Shown here in pieces: positions 1 to 13,200 of a stretch of 55,335 nt of DNA; within the stretch, counting starts at the first letter, position 1, and each line of letters starts with the position of its first letter. The position numbers were made by a program, and so were the translations under genes. The notes under the pieces are model-generated. The model worked only from the letters and a program-made list of their open reading frames with translations, made no database searches and had not been told where the DNA came from. Location: NCBI GenBank assembly GCA_000826855.1, contig JTLS01000009.1, forward strand, positions 1-55,335. Direction: 5' to 3'. Origin of the DNA: Basidioascus undulatus. Its lineage: Eukaryota.

Positions 1-584
1 TTCTCATTCTCTTCCCCCCCCCCCCCCCTTTCTCCCACGTGAGAATTCGCGCATGCTGACGAGGAGTGAGGTGGGACGCGGGCGATGCAGACTGAGAGCC
101 TCATCCGCTGGTTTCAGGATAAGAGCCAGTGAGCTGGAGCGGGCGCGGCTTTGAGAGGGGGAGAGGGTTGAAGGAGGGACTTTTCTTGAAGAATAGACAA
201 TGGTGCAGCGTGCTTTTTGAATGATGCAGTGCATGGTGTGGGGTTAGCGGTGAGCGTCTGCAGCGGCGGTCGCACAGCCGGCGGCGCCGTTGGGATTTAG
301 CCATCGTTGTCTGGGTGTGGTTGTTTGTGCATGCTCCCTCTGCTGCCACCTCCACACTTCGATGATTCGCCTTCACTTCCATGTCCGGAACATCGACCGG
401 AACTATCGTCTTGGTGGAGGTCCGGAAAATGCAAGCCAACGGCAGCCGCACGTGATCGAAGACCGGCAACTCGAAGGCAACTGCGAGCCGTGCCCACTTT
501 CACCTGCTTTCCCTCAACTTCAACGCTTCTTCTCCTCCTTCTCCTCCCCTGGATACCCCACACTCACTCGTTTGGACACTAACA

Positions 585-2428
585 ATGGCATACCCATCAT
601 ACTCTCGTCCTCGCGGCCCTTCGCGCCTCTCGACAAACCATACCTCGCCCGATCTCCTCGGACTGCTCACCCCGTCCGGGCCCGCTCGAGCCTCACCCCC
701 CTCACACACACGCACTCGATCACCCCTCCCAGGGTATACTCAAACCCTGCACACATACTCCGCTGCGAGCCCGCGCTCCCTCCGCGGCAGTACGTCGCCC
801 CCCGCGCCTGCGCGGGGAACACCCCTCCCCCCGACGCTTGAGAAGGCCGAGCGCCGCGCGCAGGTCGAGCGCGTTGTGGACGACTTGATACAGAGGCAGA
901 TGAGGGCTGTGCGGGTGAAGAAGGGGGAGGAGGCGCTTGTTGCGCGGGAGGAGCCGCAGTCGGGCATTGTTGTGGAGCGCCTTGTGAGGGAGGGCGCGGA
1001 CGGGAGGGGGGCGACACTCGTTTTGTGCCATGCTAATGGGATGCATAAGGAGGTAGGCTCGGAATCTGAGCAGAAAAAGATGTTGGAAGAGATGTGTTGA
1101 CCTACCGTATGGTCGCAGATGTGGGAACCGACGTTGCGGAGCGTGCTCGGACGGACGTCGGCAAGGATAGACGAGATGTGGTTGATCGACGCTGTGAACC
1201 ACGGGGACAGTGCGGTGCTGAACGAGGGAAAGCTCGGGGACGTCTGTGCGTATAATCGCTTCCATCCACAATCGTGCTAAACAAAATCTGGTCTGAACGA
1301 TCTTCACGGATAGTCTCATGGCACGATCATGCGCGCGATATCCTCCAGTTCCTGCTCCTCTTCCTCCCTCAGATGTTCGACGCCGCGCCTCTGCCGGGCC
1401 GCCTGGAGCCGAACGGGCATGCGACCGAGCCTGGGGGTCTCCTGGATTTCTCGACTATTGGGCCCGGCTCGCGAAGACAGGTCGTGGGAGTCGGACACAG
1501 TTTCGGGGGATGCTGCCAGTGCTTACACTCGTCTGCTTCTACTATTGCACGGGAGTTGCGCTGACGTTCAGGGGAATTAATCAGTCTCCTCGCAGCTGCA
1601 GCCGTGCCCGCACTGTACTCGTCGCTCATCCTCGTCGATCCAGTCGTGCGGCCAGCGTGCCTTGACGCACCGATAGACCTGGACAACCTCGGTCCAGCGA
1701 AGAAAGTCTGGCCCGCCGCGCTCGCCCGCGGCGCTGTATCGCGGCAGGATACTTGGCCCTCCCGGTATGCGCATCCCAATTCTTCTTGCCCAGCTTTGGC
1801 TAATGCCAAACCCCGGATGCGCCCCGAACAGACAAGCCGCGCACGCCTCCTTCCTCAGCAAGCCTTTCTTCGCCGCGTGGGATCCGCGTGTGCTGCAACT
1901 ATACGTCTCGGACGGTCTCCGCGACATCCCGACTCCCTCGGGTGGCGTAGCGCTCAAGACTGCCGGGCTCGACGAGGCGCTCACGTTTGCGGAGAAGAGC
2001 GCGCATGACGCTTGGGAAGCGGTTGCGACCCTGCCGCCATCGCTGCCCGTGCACTTTTGCATGGCGGGGACCACGGCTAACACGTGCGCCTTCTATCTTC
2101 AAACCAATTGATGTCTTTGTTCAGAAGCTGATCGCCACGCTGGGCAGGACATCGGGAGAGGAGGCCACAGCTGCAATGGTCTGGCGCGCCCCGGGCAGCA
2201 GCAACGTCCGGATCCCGTCTGCCGGTCATCTTGTGCGTTATTGAAGCTTCCGCTCTTTCGCCTTATACTAAGTTCTGGACTTTATAGATTGTTCAAGAGA
2301 AGCCAGACGAGCTTGGTACGCGTTTCTCGCCTTGCAGGGGGTGATCCTTCGTTGACTGTGGGCGCGCAGGGGTTGCCATTGCGGACTTTCTGAGTATGCG
2401 CTATGGTGAAAGGAAGGCTGCGTTGTAG
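585..2428 (+). CDS. Alpha/beta-hydrolase fold protein (Abhydrolase_6 / Lpx1-like), ~7 exons
   Basis: The spliced translation contains LVLCHANGMHKE|MWEP, IDAVNHGDSA, SWHDHARD, the nucleophile elbow GVGHSFGG, LILVDP, FFAAWDPRVL and the His motif AGHL|IVQEKP. It ends RYGERKAAL* (TAG 2426-2428). GT-AG introns include 1053-1118 and 2233-2287. Confidence 0.88.
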
Positions 2429-2726
2429 AGGAATATTGTAGATGACGTATTATAAATAGACTTTTATGGATTCGCTGAATGTATCGAATAAGAGTTGTGC
2501 TTCACTCAGAGGGGCGACAATAAGCCACTGGCAATGTTGTTTCTACGGCAGCATTGTGGCGCCACTTGTTTTATTTAGTTAAATATAGTTCAACAATGTG
2601 TTTTGGTGGTCTGTAATAAACGGAGGAGGTTGACTCTTATTGGACACGTACTCAGCGAAGCAGCGACGTGGTGGACTGCCCTTATCCCGCGGCGGTCCTC
2701 CACCCTCTTCCCCTCTCCCCACCATT

Positions 2727-4894
2727 ATGTCGTCTTCCACAAATCTTCAAACTGACCTGCGCGCCTCGTTATCAGACGTACGGTCTCGGTTTCGTTCTTT
2801 TCGATCAATTTTTTGACCGCCGCGACCCCCTCAGCCAACGGGTGACGCACTCATTTCTGTGCTGCAACCTGCTCTCGCTCGTCCATCATCGAGGCTCGAT
2901 GCGCTCGAGCAGTTGCTGTCGATCTTCGGTGGAGACGAGCACAGGGTCCGCTTGTTTCCTACAAACTTCATCTTACCTTCCTGACGCCTATGCCCGTGAC
3001 AGGACCTCTTCACGGACGCGGCTCTCCATCTTCTTCCTCTGGTCTCGCCGTTGGTCGGGCTCCCGTCCACGCGCGCCGCCGCTCAGGCCTTAATGCGGTT
3101 ACTCGGAGAGAGCGGAAACGCCAAAGAGCTTGTTGTTGCGGTTCAAGAGCGCTTGGAGACGCTCGAGGAGGGCGACGAGGAGGAGAGCGACGAAGAGGAG
3201 GCAGAGCCGGACCGTGCTTTTGAGATTGCTGCTCTCGCGGAGCTCATACGTCGGAGTGAGCGTTTTCGAGCGCAGACAGAACCACACACCGCACTCATTT
3301 TCTGTTGTTTACCTTCAGTTTTACCCCGTATCAGGACCCAGCAACCGCTTAACTTTGCTGGACCCCCGATCTCTCGCCTCGCCCCCGCCATGCGAACGAT
3401 CGTAACTTCGACAAGCCGTGCCGGTGCGCGCGCCGTCATCGAGTCGGCCCTCGAGCTCGCCCATGACCTGAGCGAAAGGAATCCTACGCTGTACAAGGTA
3501 GCCTATCCGAAATATTGCGCCCCTTTCCTGTGTATGCTGACTTGCCTGCACCCGTTCAGGAGCTGGTCGAGAGCCTCGTTCTGCTCACTATAGGCATTTG
3601 GGCACCATCCCTCCGGACCAACATGTCCCAGAGAGTCTGGAAAGCCCTGCGGCCTGACCGCGTTCTTAAGCCACCATCCCAAGCTGGGGCACCGGAGGAG
3701 GACAGCGACGACGAGATGCTCGAGGCAGCTCATGTGAGCCTGACCCTGCTAAACGTAAAATGCTAGAGCTGATGTCAATCCCTCTTTACTGTAAGGACAC
3801 CCTTTCGGCCGTCCAATTGGGCCTTGCCCAGCTATTCTCCATCTCGTCCGCACCGCTAGCCGAAGACGATGCGGACGAACATTCTCGCTCGCTCGCCGCC
3901 CTGTTGCTTCTCGTCCAACGCCTCTCATATTCACTCAAAGCCTCGTCATTCTCTATTCCGCTCGGTCTCCCCTTCCTGGTCCTCGCGTTCTCGTCCCCCG
4001 GGACATCGGATACCGCTCTGGCGTACCTCCTCCTCGCGTTCTCCGAGGTCGATGAAGTCGACGAGGACACCCTCCTCGCACTTATCCATGTACGCTCATA
4101 GGAAATGTTGAGTCCTTTAACCTACTCTTTCTGATCATCCTCACTCTCAAACAGCCGCTTTCTACAATCGCAAGTCTGTTCCCTGATCCGAACCTACGCT
4201 CTATCTCGCTCCGTACGCTCGGCCAAGCGCTCTCTCTCGCCCCAGCACGCGCCCAACTTGCAGGGCTCCGCACGCTGCTCGCCTCTGAGCAGGCGGGTGG
4301 GTGTCCATACCCGCAGATGCGCGCGGCCGCCGTAGGGCTTGCTCGCGAGGCGGTCGTCCGTGGGTTGCAAGACGAGACGGTGCGCGAGGTTTCTTGTTGT
4401 GAACATATCGAATAACATTCTAACCATCACCTTTACTTGAGGGTGAATCGCCCACCGGAAACACGCTCATGCTCTACGCACTTTCCCCGCTCATTTTTAC
4501 CGAACCGGCGGGGCTCTCGGGCTCGTTGGACGCCTTCCTCTCCTCCGGCGAGCAAGCCCACGTGGCCGAGGCTCTTTCGTTCCTATACTTTCTCGTTGTG
4601 CGCGACAAAGACGATAGGGTACGTCGAATGTTTTCGATGTTCCCTCGTGGCGACGAGATGACTGTAACTTTCCCTCGAGTGCAGACGGGTGTGCGCGATC
4701 CTGACTACCTCACTGGCATCGAGGAGACCTTCCTGGGACCCGTGCGAAATGCGACACTGCGATGGCGGGAGGAGCTAGGTAGCCCGGACTCTGCTGCGGA
4801 TCCAGGTTTGGGTGAGGGGGAGATGCAGCTCGGTGTGCTGGGGCTTAGCTTGGAGCGGGTGGACGAGGCGTTGGTAGGTGCTGGGCTGCGCTGA
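2727..4894 (+). CDS. Glomulin/ALF4/YBP1-family protein, multi-exon
   Basis: ATG 2727 (MSSSTNLQ). LLGESGNAKELVVAVQERLE resembles the glomulin GNPKELL motif. C-terminal EALSFLYFLVVRDKDDR|TGVRDPDYLTGIEETFLGPVR resembles glomulin LNLLRYLVIKD..QTG..IENNFLKPL. Stop TGA at 4894. Confidence 0.75.
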
Positions 4895-5908
4895 AGGGCG
4901 ATGATGCAGACCTGTGTTTCGGTCCACCTGGAACGTTTATGGAAACGACTGCGTCGGGAAGCTTGTATTGATGTCCAATGCGCGCAAATGGCATCTACGA
5001 AAGTATGGCCGGCAAGAAACCTCTTTGAGGCCCACGCCGCTCTTCAATGAGTATACCGTAATTCTATCAATTTTTTTCTATGTTTCTCTATCTCCAAACA
5101 TCCCCGACAATATCTGAGAGGAGTGGATTGAAACAGAGTACATAGCGTGCGGACGCGCGCTGTAACGACGCCAGGCAGTATGTCTTTGTGTGCCTTTTAT
5201 ACGAGTCTTGAAAGGGGGATTATGTTTCATAAGGGAAGTCATGATCCGTAGTACATTTTATGAACAAGAGGCAGTATGTAGCAGCCTGCGATTTGTCATT
5301 GGTCTGGCTCAATGGCACTTCTCACGAGGTGCACAGTGGGGGACCTAAACCACTCTACAGGAGTGAAGTAAGGCTTTAAACAAACGACAGAAACTTACTG
5401 AATGTGAATTACTCGGAGTTTGAATAAGGCAACGGTCTGGCCCCACGAGTGTGCGTGTGTGTTCTTGAGAACTGCAGTTCCCTGTTACACGCCTCGATGT
5501 TTTTCATACGGGTCCGCTAGACTCAGTTCTTGTATTACTCAAGTTCAGGTCAAGGGAGAAGGGGGACACCCAACGGACAATCATCACTTTCCCTGGGCCC
5601 CCGCCAGTGCACTTTGAGGGAGACCTTTTGGCCCGAGTTTGTCTCAGCAGACTTTTCCGCTAGCTAGAATGGGGCTCTAACTCGCTTGGAAAACTATGAC
5701 CTATACACATTTTGTAGGAGTCAGGCATCCTGCAGCTTTCGGTGGCGGAAGGAGAGGATCTTGTTGTCTCCCCGCCGCATCTTCTGGGGCGGATGCGAGG
5801 CTTCCTTCTGCTTCCGCCCCCGTTGGGAGGCTTTCGTCTCTCTCACGACCTTTCCATGAAATATCTCCATTCCGCCTACCGTACCAGGTTTCTCAGCCAA
5901 AGTTCAAC

Positions 5909-6801
5909 ATGTCGTCAGAACACAGCAGCTTCATTCGCCTCATCTGCGGACCGCGTACGTTCGTTGTGCCCGCGAGACGCTTTCGGAGGACTTCCAGGTG
6001 GGCCTATGAGGACTTAGACTTGAGAGTACATCTGTTCTGTTGCTGACGCAGGGGTTGTGATATTCGAAGAATGCTGTCGAGCAGCTGCGCGTCTACACCA
6101 AATTTCCCGCCAACACGCACTTTTCCCTGGAGGTTCCCTTCGATCAGACTGGGGGAGACTACGGCCGAATTATCCCAGAGCTTTGAAGCCAGACGATCTA
6201 GCAGGTGAAGACCTTCAAGATGACTGCTCTCGATTCTCAGCCTCTTCCCCTGGTCGGGGCCACACGTCGATCTGTCGCAGCCGGAGGTGCGCCTCTTCTC
6301 AAGATGACTTTACGAACCGGTAATTATGAACTCAGTAGCTCTGTTCGGGATCAGGAAGCTACATAATCTATGTGAAGACCCTTAGGGGCATACCATCGGA
6401 CTCAAAGTCAGCTCGTATGACACAGTCAAGGACGTCAAGGACGCCTTCGAGAAGAAGGTCGGCCTCCCTCCTTGCGAGAACCGCCTCATCTTCGCCGGAA
6501 GCAGGTCGTGGACCACAACACTTTACTATAACATCCAGGAGGAAGCCATCCTTACTTCTATTAAACGCCTCCGCGGTGTCAAGCCGGTGATCTACATTTT
6601 CCCGCCCGAGCCGGTGGATGCCACGGTCAAGCTATCGATCGTCCCTGGATGTAACTTCTCCGTCATCTAACCCGCTGTATCAGTCAAGGACGACCCTGGT
6701 ACGGAGGGAGAGAATGTCAAGTGGGTGGTCAGGGCGGAGAAGGGAGGGATGCTGAAGGAACGCACTGGACTGGTGGCGAGCTACCTGTTCTGGGAAGCCG
6801 A
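5909..6801 (+). pseudogene. N-terminal half of a ubiquitin-fusion gene (Ub-like domain + KPVIY domain), degenerate
   Basis: IYVKTLRG/HTIGLKVSSYDTVKDVKDAFEKKVGLPPCENRLIFAG/QVVDHNT/YNIQEEAILTSIKRLRGV is ubiquitin-like but needs frameshifts. It continues KPVIYIFPPEPVDATVKLSIVPGCNFSVI*P (TAA 6668-6670)...WVVRAEKGGMLKERTGLVASYLFWEA, then a donor GTAGGT at 6802. The start at 5909 is tentative. Confidence 0.8.
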
Positions 6802-8585
6802 GTAGGTTGATTCACGTTTCCAAGGCTTGGAGGCCTGCGAGGACTTGCCAGCCGTAACCGAGCGAGACCCCTGTGAGAAACATGACCAAGGTTCGCATGT
6901 AGAGGCTGCAGAACTGATCCTCGCCCCGCACCAAGTCAGTCGGCACGCCTGCGTGCAGAAGTAGACAAACTTGGTGTAATGACCACGTTCGGCTCTCCAT
7001 GTTGAGGCTCCATGTCGTATATACGCTATGTACGTGCGAGCGTTAGACGTGGAAGCGGTGGAGAGCAAAGGGTAGGTGGGACTTGTGCGACTTCAGCGCA
7101 CCTTGCCCGCATATACGAGGTGGACCCTCCAGAGAGTCATCTGGTTGAGTAAGAACACCAATGATGCGGATACTACTTTCCATAGGCAAGTTTTACAGGC
7201 TGCTGTCCGGAATCCCCGTCGAGGGCGGACCAATTTGTGGGTTTAAAGAGAACAAAAGGACGTGTGGAGTTTTGGGGCAAATGAACCGAGTCGGACTGCA
7301 ACGGACAACTCTTCAAGGGAGCCTCATATCGACGCTTGCCCGGCGCTGCCAAGCGTTGTCATCCTCCTCGTTGTGTGAAATCTTGATAGCTATAATAGTG
7401 AGTGGTATCGGCCCCAATGAAAGTAGTCCTAAGCTGAAGGTATGAGCCATCATTTTCTGTCACGCTTGTTTGCAACTCACATTGACGCAGCTCTCGACGA
7501 GGTCGGAATCGGTGTCTCGTGGACCCACGAGCAAGAACGCCAGCGCTAATTCTATGGGGAACAAACGGCCTTCCAAAAGTACAACGGAGGCAACAACACG
7601 GACGGACACCTCGGGAGGAGTTGTTAAGCTCGCTCTGTCAGTCCCTTGCTTAAGCCGGCGTGCATTGGGCATCGTTGGCTGACCATCACTTTAAGAACCT
7701 CAAAATAATTTGGAAGTCTTTAATGAACTCCAGAGGCACGTCATGAATTCCGCAAGCAGGGTCATACTTTGAGCTGGCCATGCAAGTACTGATTTGAATT
7801 GCACTGCGCGCTCCGCGTCGCGGGGCCCAGGCTGGACTAGCATCCGTCTGCACGCCGAGGCAACGCCTTTGCCATCTTCGTATATCTTTAAAATACAAGA
7901 AGCGATGATTAGGCGAGGGGAAGGGCGTGAGTATGGCAAGGAAGTCGATTTTGCGAAGATCTGTGCAAATCTGCGAGCTGGTCTTTTCATTCACTTCACT
8001 CCTCTCTCGCGAGTACCGTCATCCCCACGTGTTCAGGCCAATAAAGGCTGAGGTCCCTATTTGTAACTGTACACCTCCCATACCTCCCATCGTGAAAAAC
8101 CGGGTCGGCGCCGCTGAGACCTTAGACAAGTTCACGAGATACCGTTACCTCTCGCCACGATAAGAGAACTGCCCGCACTGGCTGGCGTCCTGTCGGAACC
8201 TGCACTCCGCCTTGTCGGTCCAACAGACTGACCAACCCGCTCGATTGAAGGCACCAGTCTCGCGCTCGGTATCAGCCCGCTTTGGCGTCTGATCCGGAGT
8301 AAGTCGCGATTGAAGATCCAATGTTCCTCCGCCCATTAGGACACATCGAGCAACTGGGACAAGCTCGTAGCCGTACGTGCTCCAGAAGCAGTGGGGGCTG
8401 GGGTAATTTCGTCCCCAGGCGAGGCCATGACGCCGTACCACCCCAGAGCCTTGCGCGTGACTCGCAATCCGCACTCATCCGAAGCCATCAAAGAGCCGTG
8501 CATTCCAGAAGAAAGCCCTCGACCATCCGTTCGCTCCAACCCCCCACCCAACCCACACTCCAAGGCATGCGACCCGGCATGCCGC

Positions 8586-9361
8586 TTAAGCCTCGACAGG
8601 GACGTTGACCTGAGAAGACCAAGGCCGGTGAGCAGACGTGCGACAGCGGAGCGCGCAAATAACCGACACCCACCTCCGGGTTGAAGAAGAAGGACTGGTT
8701 GCCAGCCCAGGGCATGGGCTGTCAGGACGGTAAGAGGTTAGCAATGCGCGCGCCAGGAAGGCCGTGTTTTGGAGAAGTGTTTTGAGAAATGGACATGCCT
8801 TCTCACGCTCTATGTATCCGTTCACCATCATCGGTGAGCAAGAGATCCACAGCCGTCCCAAAGGAACGCAAAGCAGACGCACTGTTCAGGTAAGGGTAGT
8901 CGGCGCGGCGGGGGATCTCGCCGCCGTTCTCCGCCTTGAGGTGCTCAAGGTGAGCGTGGTGCTCGGCCTCGGCTTTGCGGACCCAGACATAGCCGACAAG
9001 GCCTAGCCGTATCGACCCCACCCGCAGGAACATCTTCAGCCCGGCTTTCTCTCGCGTCCGCCTTCCCGCCAGACCACTCACAGGAGGGGATCGCGACGTA
9101 GAGCGAGATCTTGCGCCAGAGGTCAGCCGCCTCTGTCCGAGTGACCCAAGCTACCCGCATCAGTGTCCTGCGCATTCGAAGAGCGCCACTGAGATGACGG
9201 AGGGACGGACCCTTGGCGTGCTCCTTGACGTGCTGACGCTGCTGCATGAACTCGGAGTTGCCCTCGATGGGGAGGACGACGCCCTCAGAGGCGGGCTTCG
9301 CGGAGGCGTAGGTGCGGCGGCCGACAAGGCGCGCGGCGGGGCGGGCAGCGAGGCGGAACAT
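8586..9361 (-). CDS. COX13: Cytochrome c oxidase subunit VIa, 6 exons
   Basis: MFRLAARPAARLVGRRTYAS presequence; F..QRQHVKEHAK|AADLWRKISLYVAIPS|CLVGYVWVRKAEAEHHAH..YPYLN|KREK|PMPWAGNQSFFFNPE|VNVPVEA*. These are the hallmark COX6A motifs. Confidence 0.95.
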
Positions 9362-9819
9362 GGCGGTGAGGATGGGCGAGAGAACGATGATGGAGGGGAG
9401 GAGGAGAGCAGTGTGAGCGCCCCTGCGCCGAGTCGAGCCACATTCGCGAATCAGAAAGCGGCGGAATTGCGGAATTGCCCGCGGTCGTGCGCGTTCTCGT
9501 TTGTTTTCTTTGCTTTTTCTTTTCTGCAACTCTGTTGCCACATGAAAAACTTCCACCCAGTTACTGTAAACAAATGTTCAAGGAAAGGTATAGCAGGGAA
9601 GACCCAACACTAACCATCCACTGGCCTGCGAACCTCTTGCACGTCACCGTAGATCCCCGGCCGTACCCGCCGGCCGTGTTACAGAGCAGCGGTCTTCAAC
9701 ATGCGGAAACATGCGCTGAAAAGTTCGGTGAAGACGGAAGCAAGCTCTCCTGTAGAGCAAGGCTTGTGGTATGAGGCTGGCGCTCTGGAAAAAACGCTGG
9801 GATTGACTTATGGGAGAAA

Positions 9820-9883
9820 GTTCGCTGAGAGTCTTGTTCGCTGCGAGTCTTGTTCGCTGCGAGTCTTGTTCGCTGCGAGTCTT
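9820..9883. repeat. Tandem minisatellite, 4 x 16 bp (GTTCGCTGCGAGTCTT)
   Basis: Units at 9820, 9836, 9852 and 9868; the first carries one substitution. There are no spacers. Confidence 0.95.
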
Positions 9884-10226
9884 CCGAGGCAAGGACGCAT
9901 CCAAGAGACAACCGGAGCCCTCCTAATGACCTCCCATGACATTCGTACGCTTCAAAACAGCCCATATCTACCCATCTACCGCTCACCACTTACTGTGGAG
10001 CGTCGCCTTCTGGCTCAGCCCCAGCCGTTTCCCCCTCGCCCTCGCCTGTACCCGCAAGATCTAACCCGTTCATCCCCTCCCAGCCCGGACGCCAATCGGC
10101 ATCTGCTTCCTCCTCCTCGTCGCCCCATTCGGTCATAACAGGCTTGCCGGCGTACCAAAGCTCGAAGAGCTGATCGTCGTCCGAGAAGAAGCCCTGCTCG
10201 ACGGCCTACACACCAAAACATTTATG

Positions 10227-13200
10227 TCAGCTTCGTTCGATGTAATTGGCTAGCGAGAGTCTGCGCACCATGTATGCGTCCATCTCAGGACCGAGCGTCT
10301 CGACCCAGCGCACGAATGCGTTCTGCTCCGAGACGGCCGAGCGTGTGGGCCGCGCAGCGCGGCGGGTCGCTTGAACGCGGAAGAGGTGCGTGCGCGTTTC
10401 AGGCTCGAAGTCGAGACAGGCGTTCGCGCGCATGAAGGCCCAGAGCATCTCGAAGACTCTGGTTGAAGTGGAACGAGCACGAAGTGGGAAGCATTGTCAG
10501 CAGGAACGTCAGCGCCGGACAAGAGAATGGCTTCAAACGTACTCATCAATGCGCCGGTCGATCTTCTGCCACATGAGCGTCTTGGAGATGGTCCAGTACA
10601 CGAGCGTGATATCCTCGCCCTCGAAGACGTCGTTTGGAAACCGCTTGCCCTCCTTCAGCGCGTCCCGCAGCCAAGTCGGCTCCTCGGGCAGGCCGCGCTC
10701 CCGCAGCGCCTCGGTAACCTTGGTGCGAGCGTACTCAGCGAAGGGCACCGGTACGAACAGCGCGAGCACCATGGGCGTCGCAAACGCCTCCGCCAGCGTC
10801 GCGCCGTACGACATGCGTTGGAGCGTCGGGCGCGAAGGGCTCAGCAGCCGGTTCTCGTGGGTCGGCGGCGGCGCGTCCGTATGCGAGCGATGCCCCGTGA
10901 GCACGGGGTAACCGGTACCGGCAAGGCTCTGGGGCGCGTCGTCGTTGGGAGGGCGCTTCTGGTGGTACGCCTCCGAGGGGTGGATGCCGCTCGCCTTCAG
11001 GTTGTCGCGGAAACTGCACCATTCGCGCAAGTTGTACGCGTCTATCGCGGCTTTGTAGCCGTCGGGGGAGAAGTCTTTGTCCCACGTGTAGCTGTGCAGG
11101 AGAGGAACGTCAGTGAAAGGGTAAAGGTGTGTGGCGTCCAGTGTTGCGTATGCTGCCTATCGGCATCGGCTCACCTCGGCGCATCGTCGTACGAGTTGCC
11201 CTCGCACCTTGCGTACGCGTCCGTTGCCCAGTGCTTGTCGTCGATGCTGCAAAGCGAGCAATGGCGAATCGAGGAGGACCAGCCGCTGTGAGCGACTGAA
11301 CAGTGCTGTCCTTCGTTTCTACTCACATGAGCTTGCCGTCGCATTCGGTCTCCCACATCCCGACATGGCGCATGAGCAAATCGAAGCTTGTCAAGCAGCT
11401 CCGCCCGCCCGGCTCCGCAGCGTTCGCGCAGCGAGGGTCCACGAGTGCATGCGTCCATACAGGGACCTTGAGGGCGGGATCGAGCGCCGTTTCCGGAATG
11501 CCGTCGTTCTTGTTCGGCGGCATCTGCTCAGGGAGACATTAACTCGAAGCTAAAGCACGAGAAGGGAACTAGCCAGCACTTACGTTGTTCCAGCCATAGT
11601 AACGGGTGAGTCGACGGAAGATCCACTGGAAACGGGCCCGGGCCTTGTCGGCACGCGCGGCAAGGTCGAGCTCGTGCGACTCCAGGATGGAGATGTATGA
11701 CGGGAGAAAGCGGATGCCGAAGCCCTGGAAAGTGTCCCAAGCCAGCATGCATACGAGGTTAGAAGGCTTCATAGTGCGCTTTCAACGCAACTCTAATGGG
11801 CTGCTGACCTTGTCCGCATACTTGAAGACTCTGGAAACGCAGTAGACATGGTCAGAATTGAAATTGGACACTTCGTGCGCTGGACGTACCTCTGCTCCTG
11901 AGACGCCCTGCGGTCGCCCAGCCAGTGCCCTTCGGGAAGATCCATGGTGAAGACGTTGTACGACGCTAGATGGTGCAATCCGGCGATGATAAGCCGCAAG
12001 ACAAACGTCAAGGTAAGAGATTCGAATCCGAACGCACTTTGCAGCGCACGCACCGCGCGAGGGAGCATCCAGACCTCAGCGCCGTCCCAGGCAACGGCGC
12101 AACAGTCAAGGTCGAAGTTGAGGAGGACCTCCGTCGGACTCTGCGTGCGCTTGAGCACAACCTGCACGCGGCGGGTCGGGTACGCGCTGAAGAACGTGAC
12201 GGTGCGTGAGTTGCGGGTGACGAGCATCGGTGCGCCCTCGGGCAGGTTGCGACGGTAGACGGCCTCGATGTGCTCGAGCTTGGCGTTGAGCGCGGGCGGG
12301 TCGAGGCCGTAGAGGTAGAGGTCGATGTCCGAGTTCTGCTGCTTGAGGTCCTCGGCCGCTTGCTCGGTGGCATCGTCCCGCGGGACGTTGAGCAGCGTGC
12401 CGAGGACGATCCCGCCTGCGACGCAGACGTTGGACCAGTCGAGCCCGCGGAGAATCCCGCCCGTTACACGGTCCCAGGCGGTCGTGAAGCTGGCCGAGTC
12501 GCGGTGGACGGTGCGCGACGCAGGGCACTTGCGGTCGAGGATGCCGTAGCCGGGCAGATCACTCGGACGAGGAAGGACTCGGGCGTGCGGGGTGACCGAG
12601 CTGGTTTCGGGCGAGTCGAAGAGAGACGGGAATGCCGAGAGAGGGACGAGAAAGGACTGCCAGGTGCCGGGACGGGCGTGGAGGTACGCGCGAACGTGGT
12701 GCTCGTTCTGGAGGATCCTGCGTACCAACATGCGAAAAAATAAGGTCAGTATTGAATACTTGCCCCAAAAGATGCTCATGGAGAGCGCACCAGTCATCGA
12801 CGTCGGCAGCGCCTCGGCCTTTGGTGCTCATGAAGACCGGGTAGGGCACCTTGTACGACGACAGGATCTGTCAAAAGTATGGCTTCAAGTGAGCGAATGT
12901 AGCAAACAGGTAGCGGTTGATCGTGCGCACTGTGTCTTTAACATGTCCGTCCGGCAGCTCCTCGACGGCATTGAGCCCGTCCTCGAGATCCTGGGCGAGC
13001 AGGCGCTCTACCTTGTCGAGCGTTGCAGCAAACAGCGTCGACGCGCTGTCCTTCGTCGGCTCAGGTATACCAGGCACTGCGCCTGTGCTCAGAGCGGCGT
13101 TCTGTGCGCGATGGAGCGCGAGTTGGACTTCGACGACGCCGATAGCCATCGCACCCAGGCCGCCGTCGCGCTCCTGCTTGACCAGCGAGCGTACCGGCGC

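Noticed and set aside
1..60. Minus-strand ATGCGCGAATTC (MREF) as a tubulin start, next to a 14-nt C run
   Set aside because: Only three residues match and the sequence leaves the window, so it cannot be supported.
6840..8450. Possible further relic (LTTPPEVSVRVV on minus, weakly F-box-like)
   Set aside because: The motif is too weak and no consistent exon chain could be built.
9820..9883. CRISPR-like array
   Set aside because: Head-to-tail repeats with no spacers, no cas genes, and a eukaryotic context.
12718..12763. GC-AG intron (GG|GCAAGT) in the NTase-like gene
   Set aside because: An upstream canonical TG|GTGCGC donor gives the same phase (DDW-ILQNE) and a more typical intron length.
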